Assembly: GCA_050633585.1 (NCBI GenBank)
Contig: JBOEGT010000036.1
Coordinates: forward strand, 13,951 to 77,950
DNA: 64,000 nt
Direction: 5' to 3'
DNA from: Arenicella sp.
Lineage (GTDB): Bacteria; Pseudomonadota; Gammaproteobacteria; Arenicellales; Arenicellaceae
Shown: positions 18,834-29,318 of the stretch, piece by piece
How positions within the stretch are numbered: the stretch's first letter is position 1
How the letters are laid out: each line of letters opens with the position of its first letter
Translations under genes and position numbers: made by a program
The notes under the pieces: generated by a model
Databases searched by the model: none
What the model was told of the DNA's origin: nothing
Seen by the model: only the letters and a program-made list of their open reading frames with translations

Positions 18834-19916
18834 ATGCACAATATGCAAGTTATCACTGACATCAGTATTCGGCCCATACTTCTTCCAATGGTCGAACCGC
18901 ACAGAACGGCTAGTGGAGTGATTAACGAGTCTCCGTTAATACTCATCGATATAATGACCAATGAAGGTGTTGTTGGCCATGGTGTGTTGTTCACTTATAC
19001 ACAGCTGGCTTTGCGTTCCATTGCAGAGTTCTTAGATAGCCTAAAAGCGTTATTAATAGGTGAAGTGCTGGCGCCTTTAAATGTGTCACAACGCCTACTA
19101 GAAAAGTTTCGTTTATTGGGCACCCAAGGCTTTGTAGGCATGGCTTTAGCCGGCATTGATATGGCGATGTGGGATGCATTAGCTCGATCAAAACAACAAT
19201 CTTTAGTGGCGGCATTAGGGGGGGAACATACACCTACTCCTGTTTATGGTGCAGTGGGTTTCGATGGTGAAAAATGTAGTGCTCACCAAGCAGAGCACTG
19301 GGCAAAGCAAGGTTTTAAAGGCGTCAAAGCGAAAATTGGGTATGCTTCTGTTAACGAAGATATAGCGGTTGTGCGTGCTATGCGTCAAGCAGTTGGGCCT
19401 GATGTTTCAATCATGGTGGATTATAATCAAAGCTTGTCACCTGCTGACGCGATTCATCGTTCTCAACAACTAGATCAAGAAGGCCTTACATGGATTGAAG
19501 AGCCTACATTAGCGCATAATTTTACGGGTCATGGCCACATTTCCAATAACACTCGCACGACTATTCAATGTGGTGAGAATTGGTGGGGTATCCAAGATGT
19601 GCAGCATGCAATTGATGCGAAGGCATCTGATTATTTCATGCTGGATGCAATGAAGATTGGTGGAGTGACTGGATGGATGAAGGCTGCGGCAATGGCTGAA
19701 GCGGTGAATGTACCTGTGTCGAGCCATTTGTGGTCAGAGCTAAGCGCGAGTTTACTGTCGTGTTCTGCTACAGCCAATTGGTTGGAATATTGTGATTGGT
19801 GGAGTCCTCTTCTTCAACAACCTTTAATGATTGACAATGGCATGGCAATACCGAATGAAGAGGTTGGCAGTGGCATTGAGTGGAATGAAGCGATTGTTGA
19901 TCAATATAAATGTTAA
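18834..19916 (+). CDS. enolase-superfamily enzyme, mandelate racemase/muconate lactonising subgroup (acid-sugar or tartrate dehydratase-like)
   Basis: 360 aa with a KxK motif (GVKAKIGY). Metal-ligand positions are in MVDYNQS, WIEEP and MLDAMKIGG. Confidence 0.65.
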   Translation: MHNMQVITDISIRPILLPMVEPHRTASGVINESPLILIDIMTNEGVVGHGVLFTYTQLALRSIAEFLDSLKALLIGEVLAPLNVSQRLLEKFRLLGTQGFVGMALAGIDMAMWDALARSKQQSLVAALGGEHTPTPVYGAVGFDGEKCSAHQAEHWAKQGFKGVKAKIGYASVNEDIAVVRAMRQAVGPDVSIMVDYNQSLSPADAIHRSQQLDQEGLTWIEEPTLAHNFTGHGHISNNTRTTIQCGENWWGIQDVQHAIDAKASDYFMLDAMKIGGVTGWMKAAAMAEAVNVPVSSHLWSELSASLLSCSATANWLEYCDWWSPLLQQPLMIDNGMAIPNEEVGSGIEWNEAIVDQYKC

Positions 19917-19929
19917 CTGACAAAAAATA

Positions 19930-20721
19930 ATGATGCCGAAGTTTTGCGCGAATCTAAGTACCCTTTTTACTGAATATGATTTTTTGGATCGTTTTGAGAT
20001 AGCATCTGACGCTGGATTTGAAGCGGTAGAGTGCCAGTTTCCTTATGCTGAATCTGCTCAGGATATTCAGCAACGCTTGCTTGCGAACGATCTACAGTTA
20101 ATTTTGCACAACTTTCCTGCAGGTGATTGGGATGCTGGAGAGAGAGGGATTGCCTGCTTGCCAGACAGAGTTGACGATTTTAAGGCGGGTGTAGATCAAG
20201 CAATTGAATATGCTAGCCTTTTAGGCTGTAGAAAACTGAATGTCTTAGCCGGGCTTGCGCCTGAAAGTATTTCTCCAGAGGAATTGACACAGACATTATT
20301 AAGCAACCTTCGTTATGCCGCAAACCAGCTAAAGCCATATGGTATTGATTTGCTGATCGAAGCCATCAACACACAAGATGTTCCTGGTTTTTTTGTCAAC
20401 AACACTCAACAGGTTTTGGCATTGATTCATAATCTATCCCTTCAACACGATAATGTGTTTATGCAATATGATATTTATCACATGCAAATTATGGAAGGTA
20501 ATTTAACTCGAACGATAAGCGATAACCTGAGCCAAATTCGCCATATTCAATTAGCCGATAATCCCTTACGCCAAGAACCAGGCACTGGGGAAATTAATTT
20601 TGATTTTTTACTGCAAACAATAGATCAACTGGGCTATCAAGGATGGATTGGTTGTGAGTATTTCCCCAAAAATGACACGATAAGCGGTTTATCGTGGATG
20701 GAGAATTATTCTTCTAAGTAA
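19930..20721 (+). CDS. hyi: hydroxypyruvate isomerase
   Basis: 263 aa with a TIM-barrel Hyi-like N-terminus (MPKFCANLSTLFTEYDFLDRF). It is adjacent to glxR. Confidence 0.75.
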   Translation: MMPKFCANLSTLFTEYDFLDRFEIASDAGFEAVECQFPYAESAQDIQQRLLANDLQLILHNFPAGDWDAGERGIACLPDRVDDFKAGVDQAIEYASLLGCRKLNVLAGLAPESISPEELTQTLLSNLRYAANQLKPYGIDLLIEAINTQDVPGFFVNNTQQVLALIHNLSLQHDNVFMQYDIYHMQIMEGNLTRTISDNLSQIRHIQLADNPLRQEPGTGEINFDFLLQTIDQLGYQGWIGCEYFPKNDTISGLSWMENYSSK

Positions 20722-21587
20722 ACGTTGATCAAATTTGCTGGATCGATGTCGGCATAACCGATGTTGCAATATTGTCGCATGAGTTGTTGGGCAAGAGATG
20801 CGATGGGTGTGTTGCTGTTATGTGACTCAGCCATACCAGATGCTAAATCTAAGTCTTTTGCTAGTGTTTTAGTGTGCCACTTAATATCGTCAAAATCGGC
20901 ATCAACCATGCGTTGTCCTGTTAGCTGGAAAGGAATGGAATCTGCAAAACCTCCTGCTAGAGCGCTGGGTATTTTTTCACTATGAATACCTGATTTTTTA
21001 GCCAGCGCTAAGACTTCCGCCATAACCAATATATTGCAGCTCACAATCATTTGGTTGCATACTTTGGTCGCTTGACCACTGCCGACAGGCCCCATATGAG
21101 TGACTCGTTGAGATAGGTGTGCAAGGATTGGTCGAATGGCATCGACATCTTCGGTGTTGCCTCCAGACATGACGACTAGCTTGCCTGATTCGGCGCCCGC
21201 CACCCCGCCAGAAACCGGTGAATCTATCCATCGCATGCCTGATGCTTGATGAAGTTTTTTAGCGAATATTTTGGTTTGCGCGGGATCAATGCTAGAAAAG
21301 TCGATGAGTACTTTGTTGGCATGACTGTTTTGCAAAAACTCATTTGACAAAACAACTTTTTCGACTGCATCGGTATCAGTCAAACAGCACATGATAATGT
21401 CATTGTTGGCAACTAACTCACCGATTGAATTTGCAACGGTAGCTCCTTGTGCTTTTAGTTCATCGCACTTTTCGATCGTACGATTCCAGACAGTCAGTTG
21501 CATTCCTGCCTTTAATAAGCGTTGGCTCATTGGGTGACCCATTAAGCCAATGCCGATAAAACCAATTTTGGGTTGATGAGACGCCAT
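20706..21587 (-). CDS. glxR: 2-hydroxy-3-oxopropionate (tartronate semialdehyde) reductase, GlxR/GarR family
   Basis: 293 aa. An N-terminal Rossmann fold (IGFIGIGLMGHPM) and 3-hydroxyisobutyrate dehydrogenase-family motifs are present. Confidence 0.75.
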   Translation of the reverse strand: MASHQPKIGFIGIGLMGHPMSQRLLKAGMQLTVWNRTIEKCDELKAQGATVANSIGELVANNDIIMCCLTDTDAVEKVVLSNEFLQNSHANKVLIDFSSIDPAQTKIFAKKLHQASGMRWIDSPVSGGVAGAESGKLVVMSGGNTEDVDAIRPILAHLSQRVTHMGPVGSGQATKVCNQMIVSCNILVMAEVLALAKKSGIHSEKIPSALAGGFADSIPFQLTGQRMVDADFDDIKWHTKTLAKDLDLASGMAESHNSNTPIASLAQQLMRQYCNIGYADIDPANLINVYLEE

Positions 21588-21601
21588 GTTTTCGAAAAAT
21601 G

Positions 21602-22045
21602 TTATTTGCTTTGAACGGTGTAACGTAAGAGTTCAACGACTTGTTCGGGAGTTTTGGCCCATGCCATCGCGGCGCTATCGACTTCTTTTAGCGGGTGGAT
21701 AATCGCTTCATCATGCAGAGTGATGTACGGCGTGTTTAGGGCGGCGCAATAACCGGCGTCAAAAGCGGCGTTCCATTGTTTGTATTTATCACCAAAGCGA
21801 ATGATGGCGATATCGCATTGCTCGAGTAAGTTGCGAATACGAATTGCATTAACGCTAGCTGATTGATGATCGCGCCAAAAACTCTCTTCAGGTTTGCCTA
21901 ATACATCACCCGCCGCATCACTGCTTTCATGGTCAGTGTTGGCAGATGTGAATTCGATATTTAAACCAAGCTTTTCACAGCCATCAATAATTTGCTCACG
22001 CCAGTCGGTGTGAATTTCACCGGATAAATAAACTTGCCATTCCAT
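21602..22045 (-). CDS. YtoQ-family protein (nucleoside 2-deoxyribosyltransferase-like fold)
   Basis: 148 aa from the internal Met (MEWQVYLSGEIHTDWRE). The N-terminal extension in the track ORF is probably spurious. Confidence 0.5.
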   Translation of the reverse strand: MEWQVYLSGEIHTDWREQIIDGCEKLGLNIEFTSANTDHESSDAAGDVLGKPEESFWRDHQSASVNAIRIRNLLEQCDIAIIRFGDKYKQWNAAFDAGYCAALNTPYITLHDEAIIHPLKEVDSAAMAWAKTPEQVVELLRYTVQSK

Positions 22046-22208
22046 AATGTTTGAATAAATAAGTAATAAAAATAAGGGCTTCAAATTAACACAATAACAC
22101 GCAAGATAAACTAGAATTTACATGATATGCATGCCTATTATGGATTGTTAGGCGTTATACTCAATCTTAAATTACACTGTACATCTCTCATTAAACGGTA
22201 TTCATTGC

Positions 22209-22967
22209 ATGTTATCTAAGCAACAACAGAATCAATTTATCCGTGATGGTTATCTCGTTTTACCCAACTTACTTGATGAGCAGGAGTTAGCGAGTTTACG
22301 TGCGAAGACTCATGAGCATTTGCAGGAAAATATTCAACCGTTTGAGCGTGAAACGGATGTCCATTATCCGGGCGCGCCGGAATCTGAAGATGCGCCTGGT
22401 GGTGGCACTATTCGACGCCTATTACAGGCCTATTCTCGCCATCAGTTATATCGATCTCGTGCCGAAAATTCGACAGTTGTTGATATCATCAAGTCGTTAT
22501 TACAGGCTGAAAGTCTGTATTTAACACCGAATCATCATAACTGTGTGATGACTAAGCAACCTGAATTTAGTTCACAAACTAACTGGCATCGAGACACTCG
22601 TTACTGGCATTTTAGCAACAAATATTTAATAAATGCGTGGTATGCACTGGGTGATGAAAGAGTTGAAAATGGAGGCATGTTATTGCTGCCGGGCTCGCAC
22701 CGTTGGGATGTGAACGCTGGCGCGCTTGATGAAGACCAGTTCTTGTTAGAGGACCATCCAAGCAATCAAGCGCGACTGTCCCTTTCGGAACAAGTGGATC
22801 TACAGGCAGGAGATTGCCTGTTGTTTAGTGCGCATTGTTTTCATGCTGCGGGAGCGAATAACACTGATCAAGCGAAGTTTTCGTTAGTGTATACCTACCA
22901 TTCGGAGAAAACCCTTAGCTTGCCAAGTACTAAATCAAGTATTTTACCTTCCATTAAAATCGGCTAA
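22209..22967 (+). CDS. phytanoyl-CoA dioxygenase (PhyH) family Fe(II)/2-oxoglutarate oxygenase
   Basis: 252 aa. A HxD...H facial triad (WHRDTRYW ... FHAAG) is present. Confidence 0.6.
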   Translation: MLSKQQQNQFIRDGYLVLPNLLDEQELASLRAKTHEHLQENIQPFERETDVHYPGAPESEDAPGGGTIRRLLQAYSRHQLYRSRAENSTVVDIIKSLLQAESLYLTPNHHNCVMTKQPEFSSQTNWHRDTRYWHFSNKYLINAWYALGDERVENGGMLLLPGSHRWDVNAGALDEDQFLLEDHPSNQARLSLSEQVDLQAGDCLLFSAHCFHAAGANNTDQAKFSLVYTYHSEKTLSLPSTKSSILPSIKIG

Positions 22968-22985
22968 CACGGTTCTCAACTTCAT

Positions 22986-23870
22986 ATGCTGCTCAGACTA
23001 TTACCTTTCGCCTTTGTTTTGTTCTGGAGCACAGGCTTCATTGCTGCCAAGTATGGTTTGCCTTATGCGGGACCTTATACTTTTCTAGCGGCAAGATTCA
23101 TTTTAGTTTTAATCATGTTGGCCGTGATTGTTGTCTTATTTAAGTCTCGTTTACCCAACAACAAAGCAAGCTATTTTCATTTATTTGTTGTTGGTATGAC
23201 CGTTCAAGTGATGTACCTAGGAGGCGTTTTTAGCGCAATTAAATTAGGTTTGCCCGCAGGCATTACCGCGGTTATTGTTGGTATGCAACCTATTTTAACA
23301 GCGTTTATTATTCACCGTTTTAGCTCTCTGTCCGTTATTATCACAACGATTGTCGGCTTTCTGGGTTTATTATTAGTGGTCATAGATTTTGGTGCATGGC
23401 AGTCCGGTTTAACCAGGCAACTAGAAACCAATGTTGATTGGTTAATGTATGTTCCGTCGTTGATTGCCTTATTTGGCATAACATTTGGAACGTTATATCA
23501 GAAAAAATTCTGTGCTGACGTGCCAGTCATTGTGAATGCATTCATTCAATTTATTCCAACTTGCGTTGTTTTTATTATTTTAGCTTTCTTGTTTGAGGCA
23601 GAGCCGAGTATTCAGATTGATTGGCATCCAAATTTTATGTTGGCACTGCTGTGGTCAGTCATCGTCTTATCTATTGTCTCAATCTTGCTGATGAATCTGC
23701 TTTATCAACATAATTCCGCGAGTAGCGCGGCAAGTTATTTTTACCTGACTCCGCCTGTGGCATTGGTGATGAGTTATTTTCTGTTTGATGAAACGATTAG
23801 TGTACTTAACTTTATCGGTATTGCGTTGGTTGTTGTCAGTGTTTACATGTCTAATAAGTTGAAGTTGTAA
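22986..23870 (+). CDS. EamA/DMT-family transporter
   Basis: 294 aa with ten TM segments and an internal duplication typical of EamA. Confidence 0.65.
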   Translation: MLLRLLPFAFVLFWSTGFIAAKYGLPYAGPYTFLAARFILVLIMLAVIVVLFKSRLPNNKASYFHLFVVGMTVQVMYLGGVFSAIKLGLPAGITAVIVGMQPILTAFIIHRFSSLSVIITTIVGFLGLLLVVIDFGAWQSGLTRQLETNVDWLMYVPSLIALFGITFGTLYQKKFCADVPVIVNAFIQFIPTCVVFIILAFLFEAEPSIQIDWHPNFMLALLWSVIVLSIVSILLMNLLYQHNSASSAASYFYLTPPVALVMSYFLFDETISVLNFIGIALVVVSVYMSNKLKL

Positions 23871-23874
23871 GACA

Positions 23875-24834
23875 ATGAACGTGCAAAGACGACACAAGCT
23901 GCCTAGGCAGTTAATGGATACTCTAAAAAAGCATATTCATAAAGAAAAATTACCCGATAATTTTTTAAACACTGTCGAAACTTTCTATTGGCCTATTGTT
24001 TGCGAGATCGTGGATCGGCTCAAACATATCGATCATGATGAAACAGTGCCTCCTTTCTTTTTGGGAGTTCAAGGCGCTCAAGGCAGCGGCAAGTCAACGC
24101 TAGCCAGCTTTATCAAATTGATGTTAGAGCAAGGGTTTGCAAAAAACTGTTTGGTGTTGTCGATCGATGATTTTTATCGGACGAAGGCTGAGCGCAAAGC
24201 GTTGGGTAGTCAAGTCCATCCATTACTCACTACCCGTGGTGTGCCAGGCACGCATGATATTGATTTGTTCAATGATACTTGGGACAGCATCAAACAAATC
24301 GGAGAAGGACAAACACTAGATATTGTGACGTTTGATAAGTCTTTGGATGATAGAGCGGCTAAAAAGGATTGGCAGCGTGTGTCAATGCCACAGGATGTAG
24401 TTATTCTTGAAGGTTGGTGTGTGGGTGTTTCAGCGCAGAAAAAAACGGATTTGATACAGCCGATTAATGCGCTTGAAACACATGAAGATGCTGATGGGCG
24501 TTGGCGGCAATATGTGAATGATCAAATTCAGCACCATTACAAACCCGTCTATGATCAGTTCAATGGCTTAGTGGTATTGCAGTCACCTTCCTTTGAATGT
24601 GTTTTACAGTGGCGAACTAAGCAAGAGCGTAAGTTGATTGAAAAGTTGCAGGCGAATGATCAACCATTACATGACACCATGAGCCCCACGCAGATCAAAC
24701 GATTTATCTCTTATTATCAGCGATTAACTGAGCATGCGATGGAAACGTTGCCTGAGAAAGCTGATTGGCTGCTGGTGCTACATGCAAATCATGCTGTTAC
24801 CAACTTAGTGCAGCGTGCCAATGAAAATGAATAG
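23875..24834 (+). CDS. P-loop kinase, COG4240/GLYK-like (candidate D-glycerate 3-kinase)
   Basis: 319 aa with a Walker A motif (GVQGAQGSGKSTL) in a PRK/uridine-kinase-like arrangement. It sits in a glycerate-pathway gene neighbourhood. Confidence 0.5.
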   Translation: MNVQRRHKLPRQLMDTLKKHIHKEKLPDNFLNTVETFYWPIVCEIVDRLKHIDHDETVPPFFLGVQGAQGSGKSTLASFIKLMLEQGFAKNCLVLSIDDFYRTKAERKALGSQVHPLLTTRGVPGTHDIDLFNDTWDSIKQIGEGQTLDIVTFDKSLDDRAAKKDWQRVSMPQDVVILEGWCVGVSAQKKTDLIQPINALETHEDADGRWRQYVNDQIQHHYKPVYDQFNGLVVLQSPSFECVLQWRTKQERKLIEKLQANDQPLHDTMSPTQIKRFISYYQRLTEHAMETLPEKADWLLVLHANHAVTNLVQRANENE

Positions 24835-25011
24835 GTAATGGGTAAAGTGTGCTTCATCAATCATTCTTTTCCTATCGATGTTCACAGTAGTCTGTAGCGA
24901 AAGGGGGTGCTACAGTATTAGCGTTACTCGTTAAACCTGTCAGAAGTGATGATTTAGCGTTGATTACGATCACCGCAAAACATGCTGTGAGTGTCAGTCA
25001 ATTTATTACCG

Positions 25012-25875
25012 TCAAGCCTTGTGCTCTTTTCCGGCTAAAAACCACGATGAAAACCCTGAAACCACAATCACCGCTAAACCGATTTGGCTCCAACTATCAG
25101 GCCAATCACTGAAGATAGTGATGCCATACAATGTGGCAAATAAAAGTTGTGTATAGATAAACGGAGATACAATGTTTGCGGGTAAGCGGCGGTTACCTTC
25201 CACCATCAATAAATTTCCAGCCGCAGATCCGAAAGCACTCAGTAATACCAATAGTGAGATATTAGTATTCATCGTTTCTGGGAGATGTGAAAGACCAAAA
25301 GGAGCTAACGCGATCGATCCGAAGAATAGCTGGGATATCAGCATAAAGCGTGGACGATAATATTTGACTAACCACTTATTACACACTAAATATCCTGTGT
25401 AGAAACAGCTTGCACACAGCGCAAATAGAATACCTATCGACATACTAACACTGGGTTTTACGACGGCCAATACACCACAAAAGCCAATGAGGAGCAGTAG
25501 CGTTCGAGGCAGTGTAATGTGCTCTTTGAGTAATGCGGCAGATAAAAAATAAGAAATAACCGGTGCAATGAAAAGTGCGGCAAAAACATTGGCAATCGGT
25601 TCGGTGCTGAGCGCCGTTAAAATTGACCAAATTGACCCAGTAATGCATCCACCACGCAACATAATGCGCCAATTAAATAACGCATGGATCTCTGATAGTT
25701 TTAAGCCACTTAACGGTAATAGTAAAACAAAGCCTAAGCAAAACCGACTCCATGCGACGAACGAGGAGTTGATCCCTTGTTGTGTTAATAACTTCCCCCC
25801 GACATCGCCCAATGGAATTAAACCCATAGCCAGTAACAAAATACCGATGGAAGATAACGTCGTTTGATTATTCAT
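25012..25875 (-). CDS. EamA/DMT-family transporter
   Basis: 287-aa polytopic membrane protein with two EamA repeats. Confidence 0.65.
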   Translation of the reverse strand: MNNQTTLSSIGILLLAMGLIPLGDVGGKLLTQQGINSSFVAWSRFCLGFVLLLPLSGLKLSEIHALFNWRIMLRGGCITGSIWSILTALSTEPIANVFAALFIAPVISYFLSAALLKEHITLPRTLLLLIGFCGVLAVVKPSVSMSIGILFALCASCFYTGYLVCNKWLVKYYRPRFMLISQLFFGSIALAPFGLSHLPETMNTNISLLVLLSAFGSAAGNLLMVEGNRRLPANIVSPFIYTQLLFATLYGITIFSDWPDSWSQIGLAVIVVSGFSSWFLAGKEHKA

Positions 25876-25908
25876 AAGTTCTTATAACAGCGAGCCTTAA
25901 ATAGAGGA

Positions 25909-25923
25909 AGCATATTTTCTGAT
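25909..25923. promoter_or_regulatory. operator-like palindrome ATTGGTATTACCAAT (identical to 6837..6851)
   Basis: An exact copy of the motif from the GntR/dctP divergent region. It lies 70 bp upstream of dctP at 25993. Confidence 0.5.
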
Positions 25924-25992
25924 AAATTATTGGTATTACCAATTTACAATATTTATGATAGAATCACTATCCCTTTATGGGAGGAGTAAAAT

Positions 25993-27063
25993 ATGCGAAA
26001 AATAATCACCATTATTTGTATGGCGTTCACCCTGTTCAGTTCTTCATGGGCACAGTCACAATCAACCTATCAGTGGAAAATTGCTGAAACATGGCCCAAA
26101 GACTTCCCGTTGTTTGGAGATGCAGTGAAAAAGTTTATCGATAATGTCACACTATTATCGAATGGTCGTTTAAACATAAAGTCCGAAGCACGAGATGTTC
26201 ATAAAAAACCCTTAGGCGTATTTGATATGGTCAAAGAGGGAGACTATGAAATGGGTCATTCCGCTTCTTTTTATTGGAAAGACAAAGATATCAATACTGC
26301 CTTTTTTACGTCTTTGCCGATGGGATTAACAGCGGTTGAGCAATATGGATGGTTTTATTATGGTGGCGGTCAATCACTGATGGAAAAAGCCTATGCGAAA
26401 TATGGTTTATTATCGTTTCCTGGCGGTAATACGGGCATGCAAATGGGCGGATGGTTCAATAAACCGATTAATACCATTGAAGATTTGCAAGGTCTAAAAA
26501 TGCGCATTCCAGGTCTTGGGGGGCAAGTCTTGCAAGAATTAGGTGTTGAAACCGTCAATATCCCAGCGGGTGATTTATTAGACGCATTGAAAACGGGCAA
26601 AGTAGATGCATTAGAATGGGTTGGTCCTTCTATGGATGTGGGTATGGGTTTCCATACGGCAGCAAAATATTATTACACTGGTTGGCATGAACCGGCCACT
26701 GAATTGCAATTCATCATTAATCAAAAAGCATTCGATACATTGCCTAAAGATTTGCAGCAAGTTGTTTTAAAATCGATGCGTTTGGCCGCATATGATACGT
26801 ACATTCAGGCGTACCACTCGAATTCAGAAAACTTGGATCTGATTTTGAGAGAACATCCAGATATTATTATTCGTGCATTTCCGCCTCGCGTATTTAAAAA
26901 AATACTTGCTAAAACAATCGAAGTATTGGATGCCTTAGAGAAATCTTCTAATGACCCATTAACTCGTGATATTGTGGGTTCTATTAAAAATTACAAAAAT
27001 AAAGTCCGTCAATGGACACGTTTTTCTGATACCGCGTATATTAACTCCACGCCAGGGTTTTAA
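25993..27063 (+). CDS. dctP: TRAP transporter substrate-binding protein, DctP/TakP family (orphan; co-oriented with lutABC)
   Basis: 356 aa with a signal peptide and the paralog motifs WKIAETWPKDFPLFGD, MRIPGLGGQV and YYTGWHEP. Confidence 0.8.
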   Translation: MRKIITIICMAFTLFSSSWAQSQSTYQWKIAETWPKDFPLFGDAVKKFIDNVTLLSNGRLNIKSEARDVHKKPLGVFDMVKEGDYEMGHSASFYWKDKDINTAFFTSLPMGLTAVEQYGWFYYGGGQSLMEKAYAKYGLLSFPGGNTGMQMGGWFNKPINTIEDLQGLKMRIPGLGGQVLQELGVETVNIPAGDLLDALKTGKVDALEWVGPSMDVGMGFHTAAKYYYTGWHEPATELQFIINQKAFDTLPKDLQQVVLKSMRLAAYDTYIQAYHSNSENLDLILREHPDIIIRAFPPRVFKKILAKTIEVLDALEKSSNDPLTRDIVGSIKNYKNKVRQWTRFSDTAYINSTPGF

Positions 27064-27111
27064 CCGATATGCAGTTTACATGAGTCAGCCATAGATATTG
27101 TTAGAAGCACT

Positions 27112-27894
27112 ATGTCAAAAGATAAGCAACATAAACGTGAAGTTGGCCTTTTTGTCACATGCCTCGCTGATGTGATGAGGCCATCCATTGGTTTTGCCGC
27201 TATACAGTTGTTAGAGCAAGCAGGCTGTAACGTGATGGTGCCAACAACACAAACCTGCTGCGGGCAACCAGCGTTTAATAGCGGGGATGATTTTGGAACG
27301 TCAAAAATTGCCAAACAATTGATTACACAATTTGAAGCGTTTGATCATGTGGTCGTGCCATCGGGTTCTTGTGCTTCAATGATAAAAACGCATTTTCCTG
27401 AGCTTTTTCAGGATGACCCATTTTGGCTTGATCGCAGCCAGAGGCTATCAGCTAAAACATATGAACTATTGTCTTTCTTAGTAGATATATGTGGTTTTTC
27501 GCCTGAATCTATCACGTTAAAAAACAGCTATACCTATCATCACAGTTGCTCAGGCCTTCGTGACATGAAAGTCACCACTCAGCCCAAAAAACTACTGAAC
27601 ACTGTGGAAGGCCTCGAACATATTGAGCTCAAAGGTAGCACTGAATGTTGTGGTTTTGGGGGGACGTTTTGTGTCAAGTATTCTGATATCTCTAATCAAA
27701 TTGTTGAAGAGAAAGTGGATAACATTCGTGAGACTGGAGCCAATATTTTACTCGGAGGCGATTGGGGGTGCCTAATGAATATGTCTGGAAAACTCAATCG
27801 AGATAAGTCACCAGACGAACCCAAGATCACGGCTATGCATACGGCGGAAGTCTTGGCAGGAATGGCCGATCAAATTCTCACTGAATCGAAATGA
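27112..27894 (+). CDS. lutA: L-lactate utilisation protein LutA (CCG-domain Fe-S oxidoreductase)
   Basis: 260 aa with two CCG cysteine-rich domains (CCGQP...CGFGG), YkgE-like. Confidence 0.8.
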   Translation: MSKDKQHKREVGLFVTCLADVMRPSIGFAAIQLLEQAGCNVMVPTTQTCCGQPAFNSGDDFGTSKIAKQLITQFEAFDHVVVPSGSCASMIKTHFPELFQDDPFWLDRSQRLSAKTYELLSFLVDICGFSPESITLKNSYTYHHSCSGLRDMKVTTQPKKLLNTVEGLEHIELKGSTECCGFGGTFCVKYSDISNQIVEEKVDNIRETGANILLGGDWGCLMNMSGKLNRDKSPDEPKITAMHTAEVLAGMADQILTESK

Positions 27895-29318
27895 TCAACA
27901 CTCAACCTGAACGATTTAAGCAAAATGTGAGTAAAGCATTGGAAGATCCAATGCTCAAAGTGGCAATTCGCCGAACAACAGATAATGCTGAGACAAAGCG
28001 TGCTTTGGCAGTGAATGCGTTCCCAGATTTTGCTGCCTTACGCGATCAAGGTGCAAGAATTAAAGATCATAGCATTCAACATTTAGCGCATTATTTAACC
28101 GAGTTTGAAAAAAACGCGCAAGCCAATGGCGCAATGGTTCATTGGGCGCGTGATGCTCAGGAAGCATCGCAAATTGTGTTAGATATTTGTCAGCAAAAAA
28201 AAGCCAAATCAGTAACACGTAGCAAGTCCATGTTAGGTGAAGAAATTGGATTGCCTGACGTATTAGACAATTCTGGGATTCAGCGCATTGAAACGGATCT
28301 TGCCGAGCATATTATCCAATTGGCATGTGAAACTCCCTCGCATATTATTTGGCCGGCATTGCATAAAACACGCGAAGACGTTATTGAACTATTCAAAAAA
28401 CACCATGAGAAAAAAGCACAATCAGATGAGATTGAAGATTTAGTTAAAAGTGCTCGAGTGGAGCTGCGTCAGAAATTCCTGAATGCAGATGTCGGGATTA
28501 CGGGAACCAACTTTTTGCTAGCAGATTCTGGTGCAACATGCACGGTCACTAATGAAGGGAATGCAGAGCTCACGGCTACACCGCCTAAAACACAAATTGT
28601 TACCGCTGGTATTGAGAAAATTGTTCCTGGCATGGCGCATGCAGTGCCTTTATTGCGGCTATTAGTTCGATCAGCTACGGGTGCTGACATTACGCAATAT
28701 ACGACCTTTCACAACGGACCAAAACGTCAAAATGATGCCGATGGGCCAGACGAATATCACATTGTTCTCGTTGATAATGGTCGTACCAAGATGTTGTTAG
28801 AAGAGGATATGGCGGAGATGCTGCGTTGTATACGCTGTGGTGCCTGCATGAACCATTGTGTTGTTTATAAACACATTGGCGGGCATGCTTATGGAGGCAC
28901 ATATCCAGGCCCGATGGGCTCAGTGCTCACACCCGTATTAGATGGGTTAGATAGATCAAAAAATCTTGCGCATTCTTGTACTTTAAATGGCAAATGCCAA
29001 GAAGTTTGTCCAGTGAATATTCCGCTACCGACTATGCTGAGAACATGGCGGGCAAAGTCTTGGCAACGAGGCCATGAGGCTATTGCAAGCCGTTTCGGCA
29101 TTAATAGTTTTATTCGATTGGCCACCTTGCCGAGCGTTTATCATTTTTCAACAGCGATCGCTGTGAAGTGTATGCGCATGCTCAGTAAAGATGGATGGAT
29201 TCGTCGTATGCCCTTAGCCGATGCTTGGACAAAGAATCGCGACATGCCTGCTCCTGCACCTACTACATTTATGCAGCAATACAAAAAAAGAAGGGTAAAT
29301 GAGGTGAAAAAATCATGA
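27891..29318 (+). CDS. lutB: L-lactate utilisation protein LutB (4Fe-4S protein)
   Basis: 475 aa. A DUF162/LUD domain is followed by ferredoxin motifs CIRCGACMNHC and CTLNGKCQEVCP. It overlaps lutA by 4 nt. Confidence 0.8.
   Translation: MINTQPERFKQNVSKALEDPMLKVAIRRTTDNAETKRALAVNAFPDFAALRDQGARIKDHSIQHLAHYLTEFEKNAQANGAMVHWARDAQEASQIVLDICQQKKAKSVTRSKSMLGEEIGLPDVLDNSGIQRIETDLAEHIIQLACETPSHIIWPALHKTREDVIELFKKHHEKKAQSDEIEDLVKSARVELRQKFLNADVGITGTNFLLADSGATCTVTNEGNAELTATPPKTQIVTAGIEKIVPGMAHAVPLLRLLVRSATGADITQYTTFHNGPKRQNDADGPDEYHIVLVDNGRTKMLLEEDMAEMLRCIRCGACMNHCVVYKHIGGHAYGGTYPGPMGSVLTPVLDGLDRSKNLAHSCTLNGKCQEVCPVNIPLPTMLRTWRAKSWQRGHEAIASRFGINSFIRLATLPSVYHFSTAIAVKCMRMLSKDGWIRRMPLADAWTKNRDMPAPAPTTFMQQYKKRRVNEVKKS

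Noticed and set aside
24892-24915. A 7-bp inverted repeat CTGTAGC-N10-GCTACAG between the convergent kinase and EamA genes.
   Set aside because: The stem is short, the loop is 10 nt and there is no T-tract. It is not convincing as a terminator or operator.
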